Part shown: positions 27,327 through 39,300 of the stretch, piece by piece | Layout of the letters: each line of letters starts with the position of its first letter | Numbering within the stretch: the stretch's first letter is position 1 | IMG/VR virus record: IMGVR_UViG_2811995274_000001 | Length of the DNA: 64,000 nt | From: an uncultured virus (IMG/VR IMGVR_UViG_2811995274_000001) | Lineage: Duplodnaviria > Heunggongvirae > Uroviricota > Caudoviricetes | Reading direction: 5' to 3' (one strand) | Notes under the pieces: model-generated | Database searches by the model: none | Told to the model about the DNA's origin: nothing | The model's input: only the letters and a program-made list of their open reading frames with translations | Program-made: the position numbers and the translations under genes

Positions 27327-27990
27327 AAATATTAATAAACAAGATCAAATTACAGAATTTGAATTAATGTTAAAAAGTAAAGAAGAAAATAATCATATAG
27401 TAACAAACAATTCACAAGAGTTTCATCAAAGTACTACATTAAAATCAGACAAAACAGCCACTTTATCTGATTTTATCAATATGTTATGTATGCTCATAAA
27501 TAAAAGTGAATCCATGAAGAAACTAAAAGCAATATTTCTTCCTGATGAAGGAGCTCGTATTCGTATAGATCAAAAAGAAACTATTGATAATTCATATATA
27601 TTTTTCGATTTAATAAGTAGAACTCCTTTAAACGAATTAAAACCTAGACATAGAGAAGATATATTAGAGATAACTGATGATATAAATAATAAAAGAGCTG
27701 GCTATATTTTTGGACAAAAATATAGTACAATAATACAATTTAATATTTTAGCTTGTGATTATAAGACAGCAAATGCAGTAATTAATAATTTAGAAGACTT
27801 ACTTTTCAAATATACTGGTTATTTCAAAAAAAATGGCATATCAGAGATATTGTTTAAAAATCAATATACAGATCAGAACTTAGCATATTATAGACAATCT
27901 TTATCTGTAAGAAGCTTAGTATATGAAATAATTACAGAAAAATTATTTGTTCAATTCAAGTCTGAAATTCAAAATATTCACACTAGTTAA
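27319..27990 (+). CDS. probable tail completion/terminator protein
   Basis: position directly before the sheath; IIQFNILACDYKTAN. Confidence 0.5.
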   Translation: MDKNINKQDQITEFELMLKSKEENNHIVTNNSQEFHQSTTLKSDKTATLSDFINMLCMLINKSESMKKLKAIFLPDEGARIRIDQKETIDNSYIFFDLISRTPLNELKPRHREDILEITDDINNKRAGYIFGQKYSTIIQFNILACDYKTANAVINNLEDLLFKYTGYFKKNGISEILFKNQYTDQNLAYYRQSLSVRSLVYEIITEKLFVQFKSEIQNIHTS

Positions 27991-28015
27991 CAAAAAAATA
28001 TAAGGAGGAACTATT

Positions 28016-30934
28016 TTGGGAATTTTTGATAATGAAAAAACACTTCCAGGTGTAATTACACAAATAGAAAGTGATTATACTGGTGGATTTGATTCTAGTC
28101 AATTTGGAAGCACCGATTCCGTTTGTATAATTGGAACAGCATTTCAGGGACCTACAGCACAACTTACTCAAATTTATACTCCAGAACATGCTGCTTATAT
28201 ATTCGGAAAAGTATATGATGCAGAAAAAGACCAAGAAGCTACATTAGTAGCAAATATTCAAGATGCCTGGGAACGTGGTTGTCGAACAATTTATGCTGTA
28301 CGTGTAGGAGGTAAAGAATTATATAAAGACTTTGATCTTTGTATAGATTCCAACTATAAATTACGTGTATCTAGTATGTTTCCTACAAATATAGGTAAAC
28401 AATGTTATTTCAAATATGATAATACAATTGGTATGGAATCTTTGAGATTCTATAAACCAGCTTCTCAAGCAACTATTGCAGAAAAAAAACAAGGTTATGT
28501 AACTAGCGCTAGTGCTGTATTAGCTACAGAAATTAAATTAAATCAAGACTATGGATACAATAGAGATTCTAATTTAATAGATGTAATTAAAATGTTCAAT
28601 TATCATGCTAATAATAATGTTCTTAAATTGTCTATTGTAGACGAAGAAGGTAATGACGTAACTAATTCTAGCGGAGTACGCAAACTTCCTTTAGGTGTTA
28701 TTTATCCAGGAGTTTATTTTATTGGTAGAGATCATTCTTTATGTCAGAACATTACAGAAAAGAAATTTACTATATCATCTACTGAGTCTGGTACAACAAA
28801 ACCTTTCACTAAATTTGAAGATCCTTATTATCGTACATTAATTATTAATACAGATGTAAGTCAGCCATTACCTATCTATGCAAAAAATATGTCTGATTTA
28901 CGTGATATTTTATATGATGTAGATATTACTATGATTGATGATTGGGATTTCTTAGATAATACAGAAATTCCTGACAGAGCTTTTGCTCTAAATGATACTG
29001 ATTATGAAGGTGCAGATATATCTGGATTTGATTTATATAAAGCTTTAGGATCTGGTTTTGCTATTACTGCTAAAGCAGAAAAACGAATAGATTCTACAGG
29101 TAAAGAACTTACACCTAGAATAAGAGAAACATCTATGGATGATCCTAATAGAATTATTTCTATTACAGATGGTATCTATTCTATGCTACAAGATGCAAAT
29201 ATGAAATATAGAGTTTTATCTTGTGCATCAGCAGATGAAAAAATTGATAGTAAATTACCTAGAGCTATTGACTTTAAAAAAGCAATTCCTCAAGATATGA
29301 CCGTATTAAATGATTATATTAAAATAACATCTAAGGTAGATTCTGATGATAAGACAGAAGCAAAAATATATACAATACAATTTGTAGCAGTTGATAATGC
29401 AACAGTTGATAATGTTTCTGATATTTATTCAGAAGAAGTTTATCCAGTAATTGGATCTATAGATGATATTAGCGAAATTGAAACTGTTACATTAAATAAT
29501 GGTACTTTATTAATGTTAGTAGATAAAACAGCTGCAAATGAAAATACTTTAATAAGAATGAACAATGATTCTACTTATACAATTTTAAATGGAGTATCTT
29601 TCGAAGATAAATGTTATATTGTTGATGGAAATTTATATATTGGCGTAAAATGCTCAGATTCAGAACATGGTGAATATGTATCTTTTGCTAAAGTAGAAAA
29701 TATATCTTCTATTGCTAATAGAAAAGAATATATTTTAGGAGATATGGGAAATCATGTTTTCGTATATAAAATTCTATCTGAAGCAAATTCTGAAGGTGCT
29801 ATTTTAGAACCACTTGGCGATTTAAAATCTATGTTAAGTGAAGATGAATCTGTAATTGTATATGCTGAAAATTTAAATTTCAATACTAATAAAGTTATTA
29901 TTAAATCAACACTATTTAACGATATAACTTTAAATGAATTGATAGAAATCATTAATCAAAACGAAATATTAAATAAATTATTTGAAGCTGAAATCACTAG
30001 TGCAGGTTCTGAATTTGTAAATGACTTTATTTTAGATATATTAAAAAATGAAGTTTCTAATGAAGGACAGAAATATACTATGCCAGAAGATCGTAAAATA
30101 TCTTATGACTATAATATGTATATTCCATATCGTACAACAGATAATTTTGCTAGACAATTTAATCAACATTGTACATATACTGAATTAAAAACTGCTCCTA
30201 CTCATGGCATTATCGGCTGTGAACGTATTACTAACTTAAATTTAAAAGATATTAGCAATAAAGTAAATAAATTATTAGAACTAGACTATGATTTATATGC
30301 TAAAAATGGCTTAGGAAGAAATATGTTAGATAGAAATAATTTAGCATATCCTATAGGTAGAAATCTAACTGTTGTATTTGGACAAACTAATGTAGTTATT
30401 GGAACAGATAATGATTATAATTTTACTTCTAATTGTGCTGCTTCTTATGCTGGAATGATATCAACATTACCATTAGATCAGAGCTCTACAAATCAACCAA
30501 TTGCTATATCTAAAATTTCTCCTGTCCTTACTCAGAGTCAATTAGAAGCATTAACTGCTAAAGGTATTGTTACATTTAAACGTAGCTTTACAAAAGGTAT
30601 TGTAGTTACAGATGGTATTACTATGGCTCCAACAGATTCTGTATTCAGAAGACTTTCTGTTAGCAGAATTATGGGTGCTGTGGAAGAAGCTATTAGACAA
30701 GCAGCTGAACCTTATATTGGTAAACAAAATCATTCTGCTAATCGCAATAGCTTACATACTGCAATTACTTCTAAGTTAGATAAATTGCAAGGTACATTAA
30801 TTGAATCATATAGCTTTACAATGAGCGTTGATCCAACAAAAATGCAATTTGGTAATATAGATATTAATTATTCAATAGTACCTATCTACGAAATTCGTAC
30901 AGTTAATAATACTATAAAAATTAAATCTAAATAA
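28016..30934 (+). CDS. contractile tail sheath protein
   Basis: LPGV, IIGTAFQGP, IYAVRVGG, DGIT..RRLSVSRI, PYIGK, VPIYEIR. Confidence 0.88.
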   Translation: MGIFDNEKTLPGVITQIESDYTGGFDSSQFGSTDSVCIIGTAFQGPTAQLTQIYTPEHAAYIFGKVYDAEKDQEATLVANIQDAWERGCRTIYAVRVGGKELYKDFDLCIDSNYKLRVSSMFPTNIGKQCYFKYDNTIGMESLRFYKPASQATIAEKKQGYVTSASAVLATEIKLNQDYGYNRDSNLIDVIKMFNYHANNNVLKLSIVDEEGNDVTNSSGVRKLPLGVIYPGVYFIGRDHSLCQNITEKKFTISSTESGTTKPFTKFEDPYYRTLIINTDVSQPLPIYAKNMSDLRDILYDVDITMIDDWDFLDNTEIPDRAFALNDTDYEGADISGFDLYKALGSGFAITAKAEKRIDSTGKELTPRIRETSMDDPNRIISITDGIYSMLQDANMKYRVLSCASADEKIDSKLPRAIDFKKAIPQDMTVLNDYIKITSKVDSDDKTEAKIYTIQFVAVDNATVDNVSDIYSEEVYPVIGSIDDISEIETVTLNNGTLLMLVDKTAANENTLIRMNNDSTYTILNGVSFEDKCYIVDGNLYIGVKCSDSEHGEYVSFAKVENISSIANRKEYILGDMGNHVFVYKILSEANSEGAILEPLGDLKSMLSEDESVIVYAENLNFNTNKVIIKSTLFNDITLNELIEIINQNEILNKLFEAEITSAGSEFVNDFILDILKNEVSNEGQKYTMPEDRKISYDYNMYIPYRTTDNFARQFNQHCTYTELKTAPTHGIIGCERITNLNLKDISNKVNKLLELDYDLYAKNGLGRNMLDRNNLAYPIGRNLTVVFGQTNVVIGTDNDYNFTSNCAASYAGMISTLPLDQSSTNQPIAISKISPVLTQSQLEALTAKGIVTFKRSFTKGIVVTDGITMAPTDSVFRRLSVSRIMGAVEEAIRQAAEPYIGKQNHSANRNSLHTAITSKLDKLQGTLIESYSFTMSVDPTKMQFGNIDINYSIVPIYEIRTVNNTIKIKSK

Positions 30935-30963
30935 AAAATAAAAATACATAAGGAGTGATAATT

Positions 30964-31716
30964 TTGGCAAGATCTGTTGCTTCAGATTATGCACGTACAT
31001 ATACAACATTTTCTGGTTGTGATATAGTTGCAACATTTGGTAACGTTGTTATAGGTGCACTTCAAGCTATTACATATCATGTACAGAGAGAAAAAGCCCC
31101 TGTTTATACAATGGGCTCACCAGAACCACGTTCCTTTAGTCGTGGTAAACGTGGAATTGCTGGTACTCTTGTATTTACAATTTTCGATAAAGATGCTTTA
31201 ATTGATGCATTAGCAGACGAAGTATTAGAAGAAGAAAGCTTTCATAGAATAGGTGGAGACATTTCTCAACAAGCCATCTCAATAGATGAATGGGATGAAC
31301 AAATGACTAAAATGGCAGTAGATGGAAATACACCTGCATCTACTAATTCTGAAACAATTACAAATAACATAGCTCCGGCTTCTAGACCTGTCTATGATGA
31401 TGAAATTCCTCCATTTGATATTACTATCAGTTTTGCTAATGAATATGGTCAAAAAGCTTCTCTTGTTTTATACGGTGTCGAAATTTTAAATGAAGGTTCT
31501 GGTTTTAGTATCGATAACGTAACAAGTGAAAAAGCTTGTACATTTGTTGCTCGTAGAGTTAAATATCTTGCACCAGTAGATGCTTCAGGTACTCCACAGT
31601 CTATTGGAGCTGATGCTGTATCTACATCAACATCTAATTCTACATCAAGCACTAATACTAAAAATAGTAATGTAACTAGTGCTGGAACTAGCTATTCTAA
31701 TGGTTCAATAGTTTAA
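30964..31716 (+). CDS. tail tube protein
   Basis: follows the sheath; TFSGCDI, RGKRGIAGTLVF, DEIPPFDITISFANEYG; TTG start after AGGAGTGA. Confidence 0.8.
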   Translation: MARSVASDYARTYTTFSGCDIVATFGNVVIGALQAITYHVQREKAPVYTMGSPEPRSFSRGKRGIAGTLVFTIFDKDALIDALADEVLEEESFHRIGGDISQQAISIDEWDEQMTKMAVDGNTPASTNSETITNNIAPASRPVYDDEIPPFDITISFANEYGQKASLVLYGVEILNEGSGFSIDNVTSEKACTFVARRVKYLAPVDASGTPQSIGADAVSTSTSNSTSSTNTKNSNVTSAGTSYSNGSIV

Positions 31717-31738
31717 TAAAAATAAATAAAGCAGTAAT

Positions 31739-31778
31739 AAAAAGTTGAGGGCATTAAAACCTTCAACTTTTTATTTTT
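31739..31778 (+). terminator. intrinsic terminator
   Basis: AAAGTTGAGG...CTTCAACTTTTTATTTTT. Confidence 0.7.
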
Positions 31779-31791
31779 ATAGGAGGAAAAT

Positions 31792-32712
31792 ATGGCAGAA
31801 CAAAAAACTAGTGTCAACAGAAGTGTTGCTTCTGCTTATTCAAATAAATATATAAGTTTTTCTGGACATGATATGGTATGTGTATTTGAAATACCAATAA
31901 CTGGAAAAACAATAAGTAAAGTAGTTGGTTCATTACAAACAGTTACATATAGCGTGCATCAGGAAAAAACTCCTGTAAGATGTATAGGTGATATGAATGC
32001 TAAAGGATATGTATTCGGACCAAGAACTATTGCAGGAACATTAATTTTTACAGTTTTTAATAAACATTGGGCACAAGATATGATGGAAGAATATTTAGAT
32101 GCATATAAAATAAATGCACATTTCTTAGTAGACGAATTACCTCCCATTAATATTACTATTAGTTTTGCCAATGAATATGGTAATAAAGCACGTTTAGCAT
32201 TGTATGGAGTAACTTTTATTAATGAAGGACAGGTAATGTCTATTAATGATTTATATACAGAAAATACTTTTCAATTTTTTGCTACAGATATAGATTATTT
32301 ATCAAATATAGCATCTAGCACATCTGGCAAGCCAAATCACAGTAATAGTGATTTACCAGATGTACCAAATTCAAATGATTCTTCAAGTTCTTCAACAACC
32401 GAGAATAATACTTCTACTGATGACGCAGATAATGATAATAATAAAAAACCTTATTTTTATGATATAAGAAATACAGTAACTGAATACATACAATTTACTT
32501 CAAAAATTTCAGAAGCTAAGGCAAATGAATTATTAACAAAATTATTTTTAGATAGAGCAGATTATATTGATGAAGTTAATAAATTATATTCAGATAAAAA
32601 AATTACTGAAGCAGAAAAGCAAACTCAATTAGATAAAATTAATTCAGATTATCGCTTAATTAAAAATATTATAAATAATAATACTAAAAAAGAAGGAGAT
32701 ACAACAAATTGA
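31792..32712 (+). CDS. tail tube paralog with a C-terminal extension
   Basis: FSGHDM, GPRTIAGTLIF, DELPPINITISFANEYG. Confidence 0.75.
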   Translation: MAEQKTSVNRSVASAYSNKYISFSGHDMVCVFEIPITGKTISKVVGSLQTVTYSVHQEKTPVRCIGDMNAKGYVFGPRTIAGTLIFTVFNKHWAQDMMEEYLDAYKINAHFLVDELPPINITISFANEYGNKARLALYGVTFINEGQVMSINDLYTENTFQFFATDIDYLSNIASSTSGKPNHSNSDLPDVPNSNDSSSSSTTENNTSTDDADNDNNKKPYFYDIRNTVTEYIQFTSKISEAKANELLTKLFLDRADYIDEVNKLYSDKKITEAEKQTQLDKINSDYRLIKNIINNNTKKEGDTTN

Positions 32713-34460
32713 ATAATTTTAATGCTAATATATGTTTTTTAGAACAGAATACAAATTCTTTAAGTTTATATATAAATTCATATATGCAAGGTCATTCTAT
32801 TTTAAGATATCGTATAAAGGATAATGATAGATATACTTTTATTCCTATAGAATCTCCAATGGTTACTATATCCAATTTAGACCAAGAAAATTATTATTTA
32901 TTTTCTACAGCTAAAGATCTTAATTCATTTAATGAAGATGAATATCAAATTTATTTTTTATTCGAAAATATTAATGATACTGTAGATAAAATATTAAACA
33001 ATATTTCTTTTATAAAAAGTTATGATATATTAGAAGATATAAGAACTTTTTTGTATAAAGAATTAAGTATAGATCCTAAACAACAAATTTCTTATTTAAT
33101 ATATAAATATTTTATAGAAATAAAAGATATACAACCTAATGAAATAGATACAATCTATAATATATTAATGGCAGTACAAAAATATGATAATAATAAAAAT
33201 ATCTTTTGGAATAAAAATATAAGTGAAAATTTTTCTATTGATTATTATGGTTCTGGAGCGTTAAATACTAATGGATTAATTTCTAAAATAGTTATAAAAG
33301 ATTATTTTGGTAATTTTATTAAAACAATTTATACAGAAGGACATTATTATATTGATTTGTCAATAAATAAAGCAGGATATTATTATATTTATGTTTATGA
33401 AAATAATAATTTAATTAATAAATTAACTTTTGTACAATTTAATGACAGTATTAAAGCTAAAATATGGAAAGATAAAATAAATAATAACGAACATATTTCT
33501 TTACTTAATGAACAATACAATATTACATATTTTGAAGATATTATATTAACTGAACAAGAAAAACAGTATTTTATAGAAGAAATGTCTAAAAATCCAGTAT
33601 ATCCATTAGTTATTAGACCTAATATAAATGATATTGGTAATAATAATATCATGATATCTATAGAAGATTATGATTTATTAAAAACAATTGGACATACTTT
33701 TTATATTGGAATAAAAGAACAAGATACTCTTTTTATAGATTATTTGGACAATTATGTAGATATAAATAATAAAACTATTATTTTTAATTGTAATAAATAT
33801 TTTTTAAATGGAGAAATGCTGTTTTTTATTGAAGATTATAACGGCAATATTATTAGCGAACTAACAAGATTTAGTTTTGATGATGATTATAACAATTATT
33901 ATAATAAAGTTTTAAGAATAAAATCTAATATATACTTTAAAAGATTACTTTCTTTTATTCAAAATAAAAATCCTATTTATAAAAATTTTATAAATTCTTC
34001 TATAGAATTAATTCTTTCTAATGTTACAAATCATAATTACTTATGGAAATCTCTAATAGAATTTATATTATTACATGGAACTCCAGAAATTAATAAAAAT
34101 GAGATAATAGAACTTATATTAGAAGATTTTATTAATAATTCTATATATGATAATAGTTTTTATAATGAACCAATTATATATTATAGGTCTACAGATACAT
34201 TAGTATTTCCTCCTTCAAAAAAGAATAATTCTGGATATACATTAATAATATCTACTTTAAAAAAATCTTCTAATTCTATTAAAACAGAATATATACAATC
34301 TTACAATGGAGCTATTGATTATTCTATAAAACCTAAAGGTCAGTATATTTTTTATGCAATAGATAATGATACATATAAATTTTCTGGAATTACATATATA
34401 AACAATATAAATGGTGAACAATGTATTTTTAATTATAATTTAAGAATGGAGTCTATATAA
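32709..34460 (+). CDS. hypothetical protein (tail module)
   Basis: 583 aa, overlaps the upstream gene and abuts the downstream one. Confidence 0.75.
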   Translation: MNNFNANICFLEQNTNSLSLYINSYMQGHSILRYRIKDNDRYTFIPIESPMVTISNLDQENYYLFSTAKDLNSFNEDEYQIYFLFENINDTVDKILNNISFIKSYDILEDIRTFLYKELSIDPKQQISYLIYKYFIEIKDIQPNEIDTIYNILMAVQKYDNNKNIFWNKNISENFSIDYYGSGALNTNGLISKIVIKDYFGNFIKTIYTEGHYYIDLSINKAGYYYIYVYENNNLINKLTFVQFNDSIKAKIWKDKINNNEHISLLNEQYNITYFEDIILTEQEKQYFIEEMSKNPVYPLVIRPNINDIGNNNIMISIEDYDLLKTIGHTFYIGIKEQDTLFIDYLDNYVDINNKTIIFNCNKYFLNGEMLFFIEDYNGNIISELTRFSFDDDYNNYYNKVLRIKSNIYFKRLLSFIQNKNPIYKNFINSSIELILSNVTNHNYLWKSLIEFILLHGTPEINKNEIIELILEDFINNSIYDNSFYNEPIIYYRSTDTLVFPPSKKNNSGYTLIISTLKKSSNSIKTEYIQSYNGAIDYSIKPKGQYIFYAIDNDTYKFSGITYINNINGEQCIFNYNLRMESI

Positions 34461-35117
34461 ATGGCTAAAGCAGTAAAAGATTTAGATAAGCGACCTATTC
34501 ATACTCCATACATAACTACATTTCAAAAAGAAAAGACTAAAAATGGAGATATACAAATTACTTCAGCAGAATTAAAAAGATATTATTCTGTTATAGATGC
34601 AGAAATATACTTTCAAAATTATTTTGTAGAAGATGTTTCTGATATAAATTGGGCTATAACGCAAAATGTTATGCCACTATTTGGATATAATTCGTATATT
34701 TATGACGAAGTCGCTAGAGGTAATAGATTAATACAAGGTACTTTTAATATTAATTTTACATCTCCAAACTATTTATTTGATCTATTAAATAAAATAGATG
34801 GTTCTTTAATAACAGATTTAAACTCATATTTAACGCATGCACCATCTATAAAAGGAAAAGAAGTAGTTGGTGCTATTAATACATCATTATTTGGAAAAAG
34901 AGAATATCCAGATAAAGGACCTCTTTGGAACAAAACTTTTGATATAGATATTATTTTTGGAGAGAAAACTGGTATAAACGATCCTGTTCATATAATCATA
35001 GAAGGCGTAGCTATACAATCATGTCATAATGTTTTGTCTGGATATTGTGCCGGCACTCCTCCTATAATACAAGAACAATATAGCTTTATAGCTAGAGACA
35101 TAACTACTATTGGTTAA
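34461..35117 (+). CDS. third tube-fold paralog (tube initiator-like)
   Basis: YYSVIDAEIYF, RGNRLIQGTF, FDIDIIFG, YSFIARD. Confidence 0.65.
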   Translation: MAKAVKDLDKRPIHTPYITTFQKEKTKNGDIQITSAELKRYYSVIDAEIYFQNYFVEDVSDINWAITQNVMPLFGYNSYIYDEVARGNRLIQGTFNINFTSPNYLFDLLNKIDGSLITDLNSYLTHAPSIKGKEVVGAINTSLFGKREYPDKGPLWNKTFDIDIIFGEKTGINDPVHIIIEGVAIQSCHNVLSGYCAGTPPIIQEQYSFIARDITTIG

Positions 35118-35190
35118 TTTATTATTATGTTAAATAAAAAGAAATAATGCGTAATAAACTAAATAGAAAAACTTTTGGAGGGACCTAAAA

Positions 35191-35529
35191 ATGAAAATTG
35201 ACACAACTAATACTTTAACAGAATCTCAAATAAATGATTGGAAAAAACAATATAAAAAAATATACAAATCTATTGTTGGTGAAGAAGTAATTATATGGAG
35301 AAAATTAAAAAGATCAGAGTATATAGATATAATGACTAATTCAAGTTTTAAAGATGATGATTCTAATAAGTCTCCTTATTTACGTCAAGATGCTATCGTA
35401 AAAATGTGTTGTTTATATCCATCAAATATGGACGAAATTATAGAGGAAAATGGTGCATTATCTACATATATTTCTGATGAAATAATGTTAAAATCCGGTT
35501 TCGAGATTACAGCAACAACTGAAATGTAA
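35191..35529 (+). CDS. tail assembly chaperone
   Basis: between the tube genes and the tape-measure-position gene; IWRKLKRSEY..CCLYP. Confidence 0.6.
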   Translation: MKIDTTNTLTESQINDWKKQYKKIYKSIVGEEVIIWRKLKRSEYIDIMTNSSFKDDDSNKSPYLRQDAIVKMCCLYPSNMDEIIEENGALSTYISDEIMLKSGFEITATTEM

Positions 35530-35543
35530 GTGAGAGATATTAA

Positions 35544-36344
35544 ATGAAAATTGATACTGTTAACGATGAGAATAAAGTTGATATAACAGATTTATATTTT
35601 GAATTTAAAACAAAATGGAGAAACGTTTTTATATATCGTTTAGGAGAATATGATTTCATATATAGAGCTTTAGGAAGAAAAGAATATAAAGACATAATAA
35701 ACGATAAACGTTTTAATAATTTTGAAAAAGAAGATATCATTTGTGACAAATGTTTATTATATCCTAAATATTTTGATTGGGATAATTGTGATGCTGGTGT
35801 ACCTACAGAATTATTAAAAAATATTTTAAAGAATTCTTATTTAGATACGATAGAATCACAAACTAGTGTTTTAGATTATTATCGCAGTGAGATGTATGAC
35901 CTAGATAATCAAATTACTGCAATTATCGCAGAAGCTTTTAATTTAGATATAGAAATTGTTGAACAATGGGACGTTGAAAAAACAATGAAATATTTAAGTA
36001 GAGCTGAATGGACATTACATAATTTAAGAGGAATTCCTCTTAAGGATGCTGGAGTACGACAAGATAATTATGAAAATGAAGAAATACAATACAATAAAAC
36101 ACAACAGAAAGAAAGTAAAACAAAAAAACAAACAAATACACCAAGTAAAAAAAATGACAGTGACGCAACTATTAGGGGCGGTTCACGAAAAAATAAATTA
36201 ACTCCTGATTTATTAAGAGAATTAAAAGCTAAATATCCTGATATAAATTGGGAAAATGATGATGGATTGCGTGGAATAAAAGGTCTACAACAACAAGAAA
36301 TAGACTTAGATACTCCACCTGCATTACGACCTGGTTTTTATTAA
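35544..36344 (+). CDS. tail assembly chaperone paralog with a C-terminal extension
   Basis: IYRALGRKEY..CLLYP aligns with the preceding gene. Confidence 0.6.
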   Translation: MKIDTVNDENKVDITDLYFEFKTKWRNVFIYRLGEYDFIYRALGRKEYKDIINDKRFNNFEKEDIICDKCLLYPKYFDWDNCDAGVPTELLKNILKNSYLDTIESQTSVLDYYRSEMYDLDNQITAIIAEAFNLDIEIVEQWDVEKTMKYLSRAEWTLHNLRGIPLKDAGVRQDNYENEEIQYNKTQQKESKTKKQTNTPSKKNDSDATIRGGSRKNKLTPDLLRELKAKYPDINWENDDGLRGIKGLQQQEIDLDTPPALRPGFY

Positions 36345-36368
36345 TAAAAAAAAGAAAGGACGTTTCTT

Positions 36369-39300
36369 TTGGATAACGAAAAGATAGAAAAAACACAAAA
36401 CAAAAACGATGATAGCTTTTCTACCAGAGGAATCGTAAAAGCTGCCGTAGCATTAGCTGCTACGACAGCTTTTTTTTATAAGACTGGTAGAATTAAATCT
36501 TTAAGTAATAAATTGAATAAAGGATATATGTTAACAAAAGATATTCAAAGAGCATATGATGCTAGATTATCTGGAGACGTTACATTATCAAATGTAAAAA
36601 ATTTTTATAACGACATAAGAGCTTCTCGTCTTAAACGTAAAGATGAATTCGAGCAAAATCCTATAATATTAGATGTTAATTCTAATAGTAACTTTTTTGG
36701 ATATATAAATTCATTGAGTAATATAAAAAACAAACAATTATCTGTAGCAAATAAACAATTTATAAAAAAATATTATATTAATCCTACTAGACAAATGTTT
36801 GACAATAGTATTTCTGAAAATATAGATGAAAATTCTAGAAATAGATTTTACAATTATATAAGAGATATGTCATATTCTCTAGGAAATTTTGAAAAAATGT
36901 CTAGGATACGTCAAAAATATAAATTTAAAGAAGAGAATAAACAAGCTCTTATCGATATAGATTCATTTTTACAAAAACAATATAATGATTTCGACAATAA
37001 AAAAAGTGAAGTAATAAAACAAGTTAATAATCAATTCGATGAGTTATACAATAAAGCTTTTGATATAGATAAACTTGAAAAAGAATTTGGACACAAGAAA
37101 AATACATTTGTTGAAACATTATTAGATGATAGAGCTGCTACTATAGAAGACATATTAAAAAATAAATCTAAATTACGAAAAACAAATATTTATCATAAAG
37201 ACAACGATCAAACATTTTTAGATGATATCATAGATAATATAGAACAATTAAGAAAAAATATTCGTGAACAACATGGTGAAGAAGCAGAAAAACGTTTTTT
37301 AAATATTACGCCAGATAAAAAAGGATTAAGAGTCAATAGTAAAAATGAACTATATTCTATTGGAATTATTCGTAATATACAAAATGATTTATTAAATATT
37401 GGTGCTAATACGTTACCTGGTAAAATATTGAGATTAAGAAGTTTTGAACAAAGAAATAAAGCTCCATTTTTCATGTTTTACGAAGAAGGAACTTTTGATC
37501 CAGTATTAGCTAGTTTAACAAACAAAAATAATTTAACTAATAATAAATATCTAGATTCATCTTATTATCAATTAGGTAAAGATCTTTATAAAGTTTTAGA
37601 CAATGGCTCATTAGAAGAAGTTAAATTAAAAGATGATTTGCATTTAATATCTGGAATATATGGTACAGAACAAAAATTAATCCGCCAAATTATGGGACAA
37701 ACTAGATATAAAGAAAGTTCAAATTCTATCTTTAATAAATTAGACCTATTTCAAGATAGAGAAGAATATAGCGGAAATATAATTGAACGTTTTAAAAGTA
37801 TTTTTACTAAATTCGACAATCCAGAATGGCGATATAATAAATTTAATAAATTTTTTAATCCTACCAACTCACAAAAAGAAGAATTAACTGAACAATACAA
37901 CAAAAGAAACACAGATCCTTTTAGCTATAACTATGCTATACAATACACAAATGACTATAATTTACTTAATTCATTTTTTAAGGAAAATATTTATGATATT
38001 AATCGTAAATCTATTAACGAATTAAACGTACAAAGCACTGAAGCTAAAGATTATTTACAAATAATTTTAAATAGTAACGATGATGAGATTATAGATAATT
38101 TATTAACATATAATGCAGAACGTAAAAATGATATATTAAATAAAAATCTTGAAGATATTATAAATAGAATATATAACGATAAATATAGCGCACAACAATC
38201 TATTAAATTAAAAACAGATAGAGAAGGTAGTAATTTATCTACAAGCATATTTGATATATTTAACACAGAGCCTAATAATGAAACTGCTTCTATTGTAAAT
38301 CAATTAAAAGTTGAAATAACAAAAGAAGCGTTTTTACAAGAAGCAAAAAACACTGTTAAGAATTCTGAACAACAATATGATTATAAATCTATCTTTAATA
38401 TGATTGAAGGTATTTCAGATAATCAAGAAAAAGAGTATGCTATGCAATTAGCAAGTCATACTATCTTTGAAAATAAAACAGGTATAAATATATTTAATCA
38501 TGATAGAACAAGTGATTCTTTATGGAAAGAAATAACACGTGTAAATTCAATTTTAAATTCTTCTGATGATGAAACAGATAGAATAGTTAGAGAAAATTTA
38601 TATAATATAGTAAAAAAAAGAGTTAATAATTTAGAATCTATTCCTGGGCAAGGATTAGAGGATATTGAAGATCCTCAAGAATTACCAGAATGGATACATA
38701 TTGGAAATACCGTTACTCCTATTAGTATAATTAATAATTTAAATAATTTAACAAAATTAAAAAATAATACTACAAAATCATTTACTCAATTTATAGCTGG
38801 AAGAGATGATCCAGGAAATATAACAACTTTGTCGTTAGTTCCTTATTTCTTTGTATCTCGTCTTAGCGATGATTTAAATAAAATAGGTTTAGGTTTTTCG
38901 AAAGATAGTACTGGAAGTACACATGAATTAATAGCTAATTTTGCTTTTAAAAGAATATTGCCAGCAGCTATAGCTGGAACATATTTAGAATGGGCAGATG
39001 ATACTTCTCAAGAACTAACCGGAACTTCTATATCTGGTGCATTAGCTAATAGTGTTGCTAATGTAGATTTAACGACTAGAAAACTATTTGATACTATTGG
39101 ATTAACTGATTGGTTAAAAAAAGAAAAACAAATTAATCCTATCATGCAATATTGGGGAGATCATAACGAATTCATGAGTTATGATGAACGTAAAGAATGG
39201 TATGAGTCTGGTTATGAACCAGTAAGAAAAGGTGCATGGTGGACTTTTGGCGGAGTAAATGAAGCTAGAGGTAGTGAAATATCTTATTGGCAACCATCAT

